Origin: Orbicella franksi
Lineage: Eukaryota
DNA: 64,000 bases
NCBI GenBank assembly: GCA_964199315.1
Contig: OZ116699.1
Span: forward strand, 37,200,001-37,264,000
Direction of reading: 5' to 3'
Shown here: piece after piece, positions 49,101 through 60,899 of the stretch
How positions within the stretch are numbered: position 1 is the first letter of the stretch
How the letters are laid out: the number at the start of each line of letters is the position of its first letter
Notes under the pieces: generated by a model
Seen by the model: only the letters and a program-made list of their open reading frames with translations
The model's database searches: none
Told to the model about the DNA's origin: nothing
Program-made: the position numbers and the translations under genes

Positions 49101-51268
49101 ATGTTGTCAATGTTATATAAATTTCGTAACGACACGAAATCGTTTTGATTGCTACAATTATCGCTTCTGATAGTAATACTACTTCACAAAACGTCATCAT
49201 TAGTCTTGGATGACTGAAATTCTGCCTTCAGAATATTGAGCTGATGTGATATTTGGCTTTTTCTGGAACTTAGCTCGATTACCATGCAGCCGCTGTTCGA
49301 GAAAGGAGCCCGCGCTCCTCCTTGCGTGAGCGGCGGAAAGTGATTGTGATCCCGGTAAAACAGAATAGAAATAATAGGCATTGTTGAGCAGAATATTAGC
49401 AATGTATAATAATATTAAAAACCAGATGCCTAGGTGTGGATGCAGTATGCCAAAGTGACCGATAAACAAGCCACTATCTACGATGCCCGCGGCTTTGATC
49501 GTTGAAACGAAACTTTTCCCAGCGAATCATAGTACAGGTATCTTTCTTGCTGACACGCGAGATGATTTCCCTCGTTTTCATCGCTCTAAAATAAGTTACA
49601 AAAAGGAAAATTAAAATAATATTTCTGCCGTAGGAACGAAACTGCAATGGCCGTGTAAAGAATTCGCTTATTGGGAAGAATAGTACAAATAATTTTTCTG
49701 CCAGCATTCGCAGAGCGAAATGGCCGGAAGAGATTCAGTTGTCAGGGGCTCTCCCAGCCATTCATGAAAACTTTTACTGCTACAATTTGTTACCAGGTGC
49801 ACTTCGTTCTGCCCGAACATACTGCTCCTAGCTCTCCGAGGATGAATTAATTGGCCCGTTAACAGACAATGGAGTCTTGAAAATTCTTTTTGTCATTTTA
49901 GAATTTTGAGATAAAAAAGGTTGGTTATATACAAGGGGACATAAGGAGTGGTCGATTTAGTGGAAGAATTTCTTTTCTAGGGTTTTTCCGAACTTTGTTT
50001 CAGTTTCTTGTTTCTATCTTTGTTTTTTCAAGAATTTATTTGGATGGTGAACTGCTTACAGTTAATTTCAGGAGATCCTGCCTTACACGCTTTCCCCCTC
50101 ACTTCCTTGATTTCTAATGATCTAACCCTAAGCATGTCTAGTGGGCGTATGTGTTTGTTGTTGTTTGGCCGTTTATGAATATTTTAATTTGTGTCTAATA
50201 TTAGGGGACGAGGATGGAGAGGATATCGTCGATCAGGCCGAAATGGAACGAATGGTACAAGAAGTCAATGCCGTCGCAGAGAATGTCCAGGAAATGAACG
50301 TTGCGGTAGAAAGTACGATTAAAAATCTACGTTCCACCGCTGATTATCTCGACCAGGTGTGGAAAGATTCCAAAATTGCCTCTGCTGCTGGAAATGGTGC
50401 TGGAATCTTAGGCGGCTTGCTGACGGTGGGTGGAGGATTTGCCACAGTCATGACAGCTGGTGTAGCTGCACCTTTGTTAATGGCGGGAACAGCAATTGGA
50501 GCGGCCGGAGCTTGCACAAGCCTTGGTGCAAATATTGTAGAAGCCTGTATCAATTCTTCTCTTATCCGGGAGGCAGATGGTGCCGTGGAAAATGCTAACC
50601 GTGCAATAAATAACGTTAGGGAAAAAATTCGCCTGTTGAAAAATGGTAAAAGTCAGTTTCGATTGGTGTTTCTTGCCGGTCTTGCTGCCAGAATGCTTGG
50701 TCCAAACCATCTGGCTGTTACCTTTATACAGAGTCTTCTTCGTCCTGATCTGCGTTCCAAAGTTCTTTCTGAAGCTGGAACGCGAGGCGTTTCTCAACTA
50801 GCATTGAGACTTGGTGTGACAGGGGCCACAACTACAGCAACTAGAGGAATCGTTGAAACCGGATCCAGAGAGGTTCTTAACATCGGCGTGACCACGGGTG
50901 TCAGAAGAGCTGGAAAAACTGGAGCTGTGACTGTTCAGAAAATTAGTAAGCGGATAACAACCAGAGTGTCCAAGAAAGTGGGAACAAAAGCTGGAACTAG
51001 AGCGCTTAGTAAAGCTGGTTCGAAGACAGCGTCTAATGCTGGCAACGTTGCTGTGAAAGAGGGATCCAATGCTGTGGGAAAAGTCGGTACAAAGGTTGGA
51101 GCCAAGGTAGCGGGCGAAATCATTATGGGAGTGAGTGCAGCGTTTCTAATCCTTGATGCCCTGGAGCTGACTTTCACTGTCAGAGATATAGTCAACAACA
51201 AAGGTTCAGATGCGGCCCAATGCCTTAGAGATAAGGCAGATGAATTGGAGGAACAATTGCGTGTGTAA
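43189..51268 (+). CDS. Apolipoprotein-L-like protein 1 (about 387 aa) with an N-terminal hydrophobic anchor exon
   Basis: Exon 43189-43288 (MSAFLYTLLWLIFGLPVMVVIAFYVFRNRIFVE, phase-1 donor G|GTTAGT) joins in frame to exon 50205-51268 (LRSTADYLDQVWKDSKIASAAG..GILGGLLTVGGG..TAGVAAPLLMAGTAIGAAG..VSAAFLILDALEL..LRDKADELE), an ApoL-family pattern. The ApoL exon is secure; the join across 6.9 kb is inferred. Confidence 0.8.
47920..48115. mobile_element. Hairpin-type dispersed repeat
   Basis: Arms ..CTGTCCTCTTGTTGATGATAAATTGCATCATAACATTGTCAAAGT / ACTTTGACAATGTTATGATGAAATTTATCATCAATAAGAGGACAG.. Confidence 0.7.
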
Positions 51269-51749
51269 TTTGTAGTACGAGACTGTCCTATTGCGAAATT
51301 TTGTATTTCAGAAAGCTTGTTTTTCAGACATAGCTGTCACAAGATGCTTTGCACTTGTAGATTAAGAAAATGGGCTTTAAATATTACGGTATTAGTGTCA
51401 TACCTTTCTGGAAAGGTCTATTATCGTAAAATCAAACTTGTGTCAAACTTGTGTCAAACTTGTCTGCCCCAAGTGTCGCTGCATTAATCCCAGGCAAGCT
51501 TGCTTGTTCTATCTTTTCCTTATTTTTTTCTTAATTCTTTTGTGGGCGGTTGGACTTAAACTTAGAATGGGAAAAGAAGTTAGGCCTTGCGGGGACTTAC
51601 GTCTTTTTTTATACCTACCCGACCTGGAAAGTTGGCAAATTTGTAAGCAAACGTTACTATAAAAACAACATAATGCTAATTGATTTTAAACTTCAGAGGG
51701 ATATATGTTGAGAACTATGCTTTTGTAGCTACTCAACTGAGGCGTGTTT

Positions 51750-52080
51750 AGCCCGGGCCGGGGGGGGGGGGGGATTCCCATATAAAAGGACTGGGGTGCT
51801 CGTCATACCTTTTAGGGATGAAAAACGCGGTTTTAGTACCTCATAGGTTGTTCAGCCTCAAAAGGTCCTCAGCGGTAGTTTTTATGATACCTTTCAGGGT
51901 ATTGAGCCGAAAAAATATGACAGCAGATAATGTGTTGTTTTAGAAATGGTATCCCTTAGAGATGAAAACAATTTTAAACCACACCCACAAAGCAGGATCT
52001 TGGTACCTCTTAGGAGTTGTTTGAAAAATGTCCGACGAGCACCCCCCGTCCTTTTTATGTGGGAGTCTTTCCCCAGGGGT
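51750..52080. mobile_element. MITE with G-rich/C-rich inverted ends
   Basis: GGGGATTCCCATATAAAAGGAC.GGGGTGCTCG .. CGAGCACCCCCCGTCCTTTTTATGTGGGAGTC. Confidence 0.65.
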
Positions 52081-53709
52081 ATTTACCACCCTGAATTATT
52101 TAGTTTTCGACGATCTTTGCGCTTAAAGAAAAGCGTATGTTAAGTCTCGTGATCGCACACGTCACTTCGATTACTCGGATGACCAAGTGATAAATTTTTG
52201 TTCTCTCCATCTTAGGACATCGTGTCCATGTCCTGACATTTGTCGTTATAAATGTGCTTTTAAATTATGATTCTTCAATTGCTAACAAGTTCATTACTAG
52301 AAGAACCTAAGGAAAGACAATTCCAGATCATGTATTCTCTATATGTCTCAATTAGTTTTATGATTCTGGGCGTTGGCTTCTGTTTACAATTTGGTAGAAC
52401 AGCTTAGACTTAGGATGTGATTACACCGTTTGTCGAAACGACTTAACTTAGACAAAGTTACTTGTAATATTCAAATTAAGTACGTGTCAGTAGTTGTCTC
52501 ATTGGATGATTCTAACTACAAGTACAGCAATAGTGTCACAATGTATGAAAATGATCTTGTAATTCTCTAGTTGTAATGAAAGATATCTCAATATATGCAC
52601 ATGTAATTACACCTTCAAACGTACATATAAGGGAGCAATACTGTAAAAGCGAGATTTTTGGCAGGAGGCTTAACGGATAGTTTGTAAATCGTCCATATGG
52701 CTTATTTTTATTTTTTGTAGTAGTCATTAAATTGAAACAAATAAGTAAACGAAATGTAACTGATCAAGTGAATAACTGAAGGTGGCAGTAAATTTTTGAC
52801 TGGTATTTGGTGATTTCTTTGTAAGACGCAATAACAGAATTGAAGATGTCTGTCAGTCTTTTTGCATCACAGTCTTTTGCATGCGTAACACATTATAACA
52901 TGCTTTTTATTGCTTCAGTACCACTTATATAATAATTTTGAACAAAATTAAACTTGACAATTACTATTACGTTTCCATCCGAGAAAAAGTGTGTTTCATA
53001 CTGATGATAGCGCCCCATTGTTAGCCCTGTTTTTAGTACTATCCAGTGGATAGCCTAGTTCATTGGACACTGGTATTACCCAATTATGCATCGAGAAAAT
53101 GAAATTTGGGTCACAAGGCTGGAACCATATATTGTAAATGAGAAACACGTCTGTGTTTGAGTGACAGAGCACGTATCATCCATGTCACAGAGCAGTAAAC
53201 AGTTGAAACTCTTCAAGGAAACCAAACTACTGTAATAACGACTTACTCTCAGAATATCACTTGATGAATGGCTGATCTGAATGGCCTTGTTTGAATGATG
53301 TTTCGTAAGACTTTCGCTTTCGACCAAACACTGAGACTGAATTCGCAGAAAATGAGTTCAACTACTAGTCGTCCTAGCTGGGTAGAAGAGCCGCCTAGTC
53401 TTCTGTTGTCAATCCTCATTTCTCGTTAAGGTAGCATACAGACTGATTGTTTGGCAGGTTTCTATTATCATATTTAAATTAAGGGAAGGAAAGACTTTTA
53501 ATTTGCATTTGAACTATATCGAAGTACACAAAGATGCGTAATTAATACATCAAGATGCGGAAACGAAATTCCGATTTCTGCGAAAAGACCCTAAACAAGC
53601 AATGTCTTCTCCACATTGGGGAAGTAATTAGCAACAAGAGAGAGTATTAGTTGGACGAATATTAATGAGTTATCACACACAATGGGTCTCTTGCATCTCT
53701 TGGTTGTTT

Positions 53710-54153
53710 CTAGTAGTGTTGTAAGTAATTACTGAGGGAATTTCCAGTACGAAGATGAGCTTCGTAAGCCTCCAGCCAAATCAAACCTTTCATAGTCACT
53801 TGGTATAGCGTGTTGTCATCTGTCCACTCTGCTGGCTTGTAATGGCAAATTTGCGTGCAGCCATCTTTACTTTTCCAGGTGTGGTCGTCATTGCTGGGTG
53901 AATCCATTTCAATTCCTCTGCTTTTCCTCAAGCAGTAGGGAGGGTAGCTGACCACCATTTGAGGGCAGGAGCTGGGATAGTCACTGGGAAGGTAAACCCT
54001 CAAGGTGTACTGTGTGTTGTTGGTACATGTTACTCTGATTTCAACTCTAGTGTCACCAGTAGGGTTGATCCAAGTCACACGGTCTCGAAAATACCGCTCA
54101 AGCAAATCTTTCTCGAATGTAAGCCTTTTCTGCTGACTTACTGACCAAGGCAT
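53710..54153 (-). CDS. Intronless non-canonical ubiquitin-conjugating-enzyme (E2/UBC-fold)-like protein 1, 147 aa
   Basis: Complete ORF. KRLTFEK helix 1, YTLRVYLPSDYPSSCP (cf. E2 FPxDYPxxPP), and HTW..DG..QIC..EW..NTLYQV (cf. HPN..G.IC..W..T..V). Confidence 0.8.
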   Translation of the reverse strand: MPWSVSQQKRLTFEKDLLERYFRDRVTWINPTGDTRVEIRVTCTNNTQYTLRVYLPSDYPSSCPQMVVSYPPYCLRKSRGIEMDSPSNDDHTWKSKDGCTQICHYKPAEWTDDNTLYQVTMKGLIWLEAYEAHLRTGNSLSNYLQHY

Positions 54154-54238
54154 GATAAGAACAATTTACGTTACTGAAGTCTGGGAGGGACGCAAGAAAG
54201 TGCAACAGTTCTGACGAAAAATATTTGAAGTTTCAAAC

Positions 54239-54251
54239 AGTTTCAGTTTCC
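54239..54251 (-). promoter_or_regulatory. Consensus ISRE upstream of E2-like 1
   Basis: AGTTTCAGTTTCC, about 85-100 bp 5' of the ATG at 54153. Confidence 0.5.
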
Positions 54252-54723
54252 GTCACAAAATCTTAGCTTTTAGAAGATGATTCATACAATTCAGGTTTCC
54301 GGTAGAGAGGCGATTAATGGTCTTTAAAAGACACATTTTACCTTCTCCCTCCCCAGTTGCCGGTGTGCGTCTAAAGATAACAATTTAATTGTGTCTAATT
54401 TATTTTCGTAATGGAAACCAGTGGCGGATCTTACTTTGGGTAAAAAAGGGAAAAATCACAGAAGGGAGAAAAGCCGGCTGGGCAAGCAAAACAAAGCCAT
54501 CACGCCCTTTCTAACCCCCCCGCCGCCCCCAGCTCAAGGTCTGGATCCGACCAAGACCTCTGCTGTCTTCAGCAAAAGAGGAGGGTTCTGCGGTCGAGAA
54601 TGAAAAAAAAAAGTCTGTATTGATTTGAAAGGTTATTGTTTACGAAGATCTTTGAAAACCAAAACTGAAACCTCCACGTCCATGAAGGCAGTACGGAATC
54701 GTTATTTGTTTTGTTTTGTTTTG

Positions 54724-54754
<31 letters not shown>

Positions 54755-56470
54755 TTAGCCATACTTCACTACTAACCTAAATATTTAATACGGGTTTTCC
54801 GAGAATTTTCGATTCTCGGAAATCAATAAACATTTGGGAAAACACCTGTCTTGAATAAATAATGAACATATTAGAACATGATAATTGTTTATAAATTCAA
54901 AAGCAAATTCAAAGCAGAACTCACGAAGGTAGTGCTGTGTGAAAGAAAACCCGAATTTGTACGATACACAGACACAGCAGTGTGCGGTTTTTTATACCTC
55001 CAATAGCAAGTAAAGAGACTGAGACAACAAAACACGGCAAAAAGCTGCTTCAGTGGAAGTTAACCGCATTTCAGGTAAAAGTATCGCCAAACTCTGTTTC
55101 AAATCGATTCAAAAGTCAGACATTCTGGCCCAAGATCTCCTTCCTTCAATCAAGCTTGATTTTGTCAGGTAAGTTACTGTTTTCCTTTGCGTCCTGAAAT
55201 AGTGATAATAACGCAAAACACGTAACTAAGAACAACCCGACCTCGTGTTTGCTAGTCGAACGACACCGTCTCTCCGTAAGCGGTACTCAGATAAAACAGT
55301 GGGAACAGTTATTTTTTCCTGTTTATATGGCCGTAGCTTGCTCCAACAAGCTGAAAGTGACAAAGCGTTTTTTTGTCAGTCAGGCAATTTATTACTGATT
55401 AAAACTCAACATGTTTCTAGCTTCTCAGCTAACAAAGGAACGTTTATAGCCCTTTACGATACCACATGACCCCTAAAGCTTGATCGCGTGTCGAGAAAAA
55501 ATCAGATCTATGATTGCATCTCTGATTAAATTTCGACCAATGTGTAGCCTTTGAGAAATGATGGAAATTGCGCAAATGTAAGATTAGATACAGAAAGCAA
55601 GTGTGAAAAATTCACAGAATAGATATGTACAAACAAAACGACAAACAAGAGATATGCTAATTATAGGAAAGTAGTCTGTCCATTGTTTGCAGTCTAGCTA
55701 TGAAAGAATCACGTCAGTCAGTCATCAGAACTTTCAATTTGTGATACATTTTAATACTCTTTTGTGTTCGAGACGATCAGTTTAGCGTGATCGCCGGTGG
55801 ATCGTTTGTGTAGTTTACTCTGATCGGATGCTATCGCCACGTTGTTTATATGTAGTTTATTCTGAAACAATACTATCTCTCCTCTGAGGAAATGACACAA
55901 AAAGCCACTTTGATTTGATCTGTCAATCGTGTAGCCACCAATCAGATGTGAGATGAAACCGCAAGAAAAACAAGGGAATCATTTCTGTAAATCAGTCACG
56001 AAAACACGCTGCGATCCCGTTTTCTCCTTCCAAAAATGGCTCTTACATGTACCCTGTAGTTTTCTCATTTCTAATTTAACCTTTAGTTTTACGCAGGTAA
56101 AGTAAAAATTTAAGTTTAACTGTTTAAGAGAATGTGAGGCTCAAAACTACACACGATTCAAAACCATAACAAAGTCGTTTTTTCAGCGGAAGACAATATC
56201 CTGCAATATTTAAGGTCGTCCCACAAGAAGGGACTAGCTCTGCGACTTGTCCCTGCAAGAAGCCGGGGAACAAGTCCCTTAGAGTGAACTATAGCGGCCA
56301 TTTTCATTTTCGCAAACTGGTTTGAATTGAAGGGACAAGTCCACGCGAATTGTCTCTCAAAATCCCTCGTGGGTCTAGTCCCGGGGACTTGTCCCTTCGT
56401 GTGTGCCGAACCTTATGCTTTTTCATTAATGATAATTGTTAGCATTACATTTTTACGCTTCAGTGTGTCT

Positions 56471-56480
56471 TTTCAGTTTC
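56471..56480 (+). promoter_or_regulatory. ISRE-like motif upstream of ApoL-like 2
   Basis: TTTCAGTTTC(G), about 160 bp 5' of the ATG at 56638. Confidence 0.45.
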
Positions 56481-56637
56481 GATAATGGATCGTATAGCTA
56501 CATTTACATGTAGCAGTAGTCGCGGAATCTAAAAACTTCGCACTCATGTAATGACCATCATTGATTTTTTTGTTTATTCCAGACGTAAACAAACAGTGTC
56601 TTTCTTTTTTTTTCTTTTTTTTTTTGCGGAGACCAGT

Positions 56638-57606
56638 ATGACGTTTTCCAATCGAAGCAGTTTATCTACGGCACAAAAGCAAGAACTTGAGGAAGAATTA
56701 AAAGGGTTTGCAACAAAGGTGGAAGATATGAACCTTGCCAAACAGAAGGCCATTAAACACCTTTACGGCACGGCTGATTATCTCGATAAGGTGTGGCGAG
56801 ATTGTAAAATAGCGTCCATCACAGGAAACAGCGCTGGGATATTGGGAGGCCTGTTAACCATTGGAGGCGGAATCGCGACAGTTTTGACAGCGGGTGCTGC
56901 CTCACCCTTACTGATAGTCGGGATTTCACTTGGAGCTGCTGGTGCTGGCACAAATCTAGGAACAGCGGCTACAGAGGCTGCCATCAACTCTGCTAAGCTA
57001 CAAGAAGCAGAGAAAGCTTTACAAGGTGCCGATGAATTGACGAAGAAAGTAAAGGAACAAATTCATGAATGGAAAGAAATGAAAGATGTATTGCGCTTAT
57101 GTTTTCTTGCTCGGCTAGCTGTTCAGTTGTTTGGGCAGAGTCACATTGTTGTTCAGCTGATACAAAGTGTGCTTGTAAGCGTAGGTATAAGCGCAGATAT
57201 TATTTTCAAAATTTGTGTTGAAGCTGCAATTAAGACCGCCTCGGAGGTAGCCGCTAAGGCTGGTGCGGGGGCAGCAACCATAACCGCTGTTGAAACTGCA
57301 GCTGGTGCGCTACTTAACAACGCGCCTAAAATTCTGGGTTGTGCCACAGAAGGAGCAACAGCTGGAGTAAAAGGAGGCGCAAGTACCATTGGAAAGGCTG
57401 GGGCAAAGATGGGTGCAAAAGCTGCTGGAGGAGTGATTATTGGTGTTAGTTCTGTGTTTTTAGTGTGGGATGCTGTGGATCTGGGCTTCAACATCAGAGA
57501 TTTGGTTGAAGACAAAAGGTGCAAAGCAGCACCTTATTTGAGAGAAAAGGCGAAGGAACTCGAAGCATCACTTGCCCAAGACATCACCACCACTACAAAG
57601 AAGTAA
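56638..57606 (+). CDS. Apolipoprotein-L-like protein 2 (about 322 aa)
   Basis: Paralog of 50205-51268 (HLYGTADYLDKVWRDCKIASITGNSAGILGGLLTIGGG..TAGAASPLL..VSSVFLVWDAVDL..LREKAKELE). The ORF-track ATG at 56551 precedes a polypyrimidine tract with AG at 56635-56636, so the start is likely 56638 or an upstream exon. Confidence 0.85.
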   Translation: MTFSNRSSLSTAQKQELEEELKGFATKVEDMNLAKQKAIKHLYGTADYLDKVWRDCKIASITGNSAGILGGLLTIGGGIATVLTAGAASPLLIVGISLGAAGAGTNLGTAATEAAINSAKLQEAEKALQGADELTKKVKEQIHEWKEMKDVLRLCFLARLAVQLFGQSHIVVQLIQSVLVSVGISADIIFKICVEAAIKTASEVAAKAGAGAATITAVETAAGALLNNAPKILGCATEGATAGVKGGASTIGKAGAKMGAKAAGGVIIGVSSVFLVWDAVDLGFNIRDLVEDKRCKAAPYLREKAKELEASLAQDITTTTKK

Positions 57607-58421
57607 ATTATTCCTGATGAGAAGTTAAATTAGTTTGTCATTGCTGTGGACAGTACTAAAAGAGTTATATTTTATGTAATAAACTTTTGTAGTGTTAATT
57701 CATCGCGGTCTAAATAAAACTGGCTCCCTATTAATAAATTTAAATATCTTATTTACGTGGTTTGCTTGTTGTTGTAACCCCTGCCACATGCATGATTTTG
57801 TGTTTGACATGGTGTCAAGTTTGAATACGTAAGCACAGTGAAGGGCCCAATTTTTTGCTCCCAAAAGTAAAACCAAGCATGCATTTAAAGTTGAAAATAT
57901 TATTTCATCTCGCGGAGGCCTGAAGCAGTAACAAAAATTCCGCAATGAGGATTTCCGCCATTTTATTCTACACTTGTAGATGGAAGAAGTAGCTACAGCT
58001 GCTAGTAGAGAGAGTCGAGAAGAGTACTCGAATGTGCCCAGCAAGACGCATAGACTCGCCATATATGAAAATGACGAATTCATGCCGTTGTTTTGTACGG
58101 AGAGTCTTAAAACGCCGCTCGATGGATCCCAGGTCTCACTTAAATACACAAGCCTTGAGCCAAGAACTGAGTAAAAGCAAAAATCAGTAAGCTAAACAAA
58201 ACATTGTCGGTTTTCGTTAAGATTCCTTTCATACTTGACATAGTTTGACTCACGATCTGTTGTATCTTATAACTAATTTCATTTGCTTTTAATACACATT
58301 TATACCATATATTTATAAATATTCATTGATTTCCGTTTTGAAGAGTTTACTTCATTCACAATGTTTTACGAACCTTTCTACTGTATTTTTCCTTTCAGTT
58401 TCAGCCCACAATTAATTTCCT

Positions 58422-59511
58422 TGACGTGACGTTACGCTTTAAGAGAGCGCAAAGGAGAGGTAATAAATACGACAAACGTCCCACATGGGAACAATAACAA
58501 CTCCATGTTTAATTCTACACGGCTGGCACAAAATGTCACGTGACTTAATGCATGACGTCACACTTTTCCTTTTCTCCAGAAAGACAAACTGAACTGAGTG
58601 AACTTTTGACATACAAGTTTTCCAAGATGAACTTCAAACTTTGTAATAAGGAGTTACTGAAAACTAAATAATGGTCTGTTAACTCAGTTGAACTTGAACT
58701 TTGCCCGATAACAATGAAACAACTTAGGCAGACGGAAATGTTTAAGTCTATATTTAACCGTAGCAAATTCCTGTAAATACTGTGGGTAGACTTGAACCTC
58801 GTCCGACCCCGGTCGCAACTACTGGTTTAACTGGGAGTTATGGTTGCTCCTGACTTTCGGAAACTGTTGCAGGTTCTGTTTGTTTGGGCCGAACAACACA
58901 GTTGGCTTGGACTGGTTGACCTGTTGTCTGGGTTCTTTTTGGTGCACCCTGAGGGATGATGTGGTTCAACTGAACTAGTTTCAAATGGTTCAATGGTTCG
59001 GACGTTTTTTCTGTGCAGTCTACCATCTTCTGTTCTGCAGACTTCGTAAGAACGAGCGTCAACTTGGTCTTAAAAGTACTCGTTCCTTAAACCATTCCCG
59101 CTCCCTATATTTATCACCTCTCAGACGGCGTTTGGATTTTGCTCTCTTCGGTGATGGCATTTTCAGCCTTGCCATTGCTCTTGGCATAGCTAGGTGAACT
59201 TGTAATGACTTCAAACCCGAAGCGTGCTGCGAATACCTTGAATTCTTGAAAATTTAATGGCATGTTGTCGCTGATTAGCTGGTTTGGGATTCATTGCTCG
59301 GACTGAAAACTGTTTACGGAGTATTTTGGCATGATCCCCTTTACGGTCTTGATTTCTATTCTATTTACTTCAAAGTAACTTGAACAGTAGTCAACCACAC
59401 AGAGGTAATCTGTACCATCAAGTGTGAAAACATCTGCGCCAATCTTTTGCCAAGGTCGATCCAGCAACCTCATGACAGATGAAAAGTTCCCTTGCTTTGA
59501 CGGGTAGAATG

Positions 59512-59544
<33 letters not shown>

Positions 59545-60260
59545 CTTTATTTCGTGCCCAGAAAAATTTTACAATAAAAATAAATACATGCAATGTGAAA
59601 AAATAACAATGAAAAACAGAGCACAGCCACTTAGAAAAAGCTAAGGCTAATCGAGCTAAGTGGCTGGGCCAAGCGGAAAAAATATTGCAATAAAGTTACA
59701 GAATACATGAAAAAAAAAAAAAAAAAACATGATTTCATTCACACACACACACAGACACAGACACAGACACACATACAGAGAACGAAAAAGAAAAAAATGA
59801 ATGTGCACACAAAAAAATGAAAAATTAAAGTACATCGCTCTTCGAATTGTGGTCAGTTAGGTCAGCATTCAGTCCTGGCCTATACACGGTCTCTCTTTTC
59901 CCATCGGAGGCAACTTTGAATCCCTGTGTGGGTTCCATGCATTTTCCCATTTATTCTTGTGCGCAGACCCAAGGGAGTGACACAGCGCTGACCCTGGAAG
60001 ATTAGATCATCTAGTCCTGATAGCTTATCTCTAACTAGAAAATACGTATGGAGACGTGAGGACTTCTCTCTTCGTGTCAGAACATCCACTGATGATGGTT
60101 TCCCTCAGTTGTCGAACAGTGTCATCTTCAACTGTTTCTGCTTGACCGATAAGAAAGGCCATGCTTAACCACTTGATGCTTCTGCATGTCCACAACGAAT
60201 TGGAAAATGGCGTAGACATGGTAGAGGTTGTCAATCTGTTTGTGGGAGACAACCACCCAG
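58422..60260 (-). mobile_element. Decayed Gypsy/Ty3 LTR retrotransposon (3' pol/integrase remnant, PPT, short 3' LTR)
   Basis: Frameshifted integrase pieces (HGTHTGIQSCLR, PWQKIGADVFTLDGTDYLCVVDYCSSYFEV, LISDN..ITSSP...SNGKAE, TRSGR). Polypurine tract GGAGAAAAGGAAAAG (58563-58577) abuts TGTGACG..CA (58562 to about 58422). Interrupted by a (CAA)n-tailed insertion at about 59514-59850. Confidence 0.8.
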
Positions 60261-60899
60261 GTGTCTGTGTTTGTCTCTAAGGTAACTCAGACAGAGTAAG
60301 ATTTCCACGAGCTTACTATTACTTTGACAGGTGAAACATTTGTCCGTTTCAAGATAGGAGAACATTCCAATGGGTTCTCCGAACTTTACTTTTAAAATAG
60401 CCTACCGCCACCCCTCCCCTTGTCTCTCAAGGTTTGGTTTGCTAAGGTCATTCAGAATCAGCTTACACCCGCTTTCAGTGTTACGTGCATAGGCGACATC
60501 TTTCGACCGTTGTGCTCACATGCCATTTTTGACTTAAGCCCAGGTTACATAGCATGTTAAAAGATGGCAAGTCGAAAGATTTCGCCTATGCACGTAACAC
60601 TGAAAGCGGGTGTAGTACCTCCTATCAGAGATTATAAAGCGCAAAAATTTGCGCTTGGCTTATAAAGATGTTGAAACTAAATAGAGCCAATTTTTTACAA
60701 TGTTACCCTGAGAGAAACTTTTTTTTTCCTCTGCCAAGTTTTGTTTGATAGGAGGCGTTTTAGCCTGATTTTTTATGCATTGGATACATATATCACCTAG
60801 CTCGATCATTACACACCCTTTACGTTACGCATTGAAGAATAATTTTGACCCTGTTGCTATGGTTTCCGCGTAATGCCGTACACGCAGGTGCTATTTTGT

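Noticed and set aside
50344-51201. Antisense and alternate-frame ORFs over ApoL1 (and 56778-57524 over ApoL2)
   Set aside because: Shadow ORFs produced by Gly/Ala/Thr codon bias of the sense gene.
54797-54821. Paired GAS elements TTCCGAGAA/TTCTCGGAA between E2L1 and ApoL2
   Set aside because: They form a small hairpin, and the same word recurs in the duplicated unit at 63355-63735, so they are probably part of a dispersed repeat; not counted as promoter evidence.
57700-58149. 149-aa minus-strand ORF
   Set aside because: No recognisable motifs, overlaps the presumed ApoL2 3'UTR, and has low-information composition.
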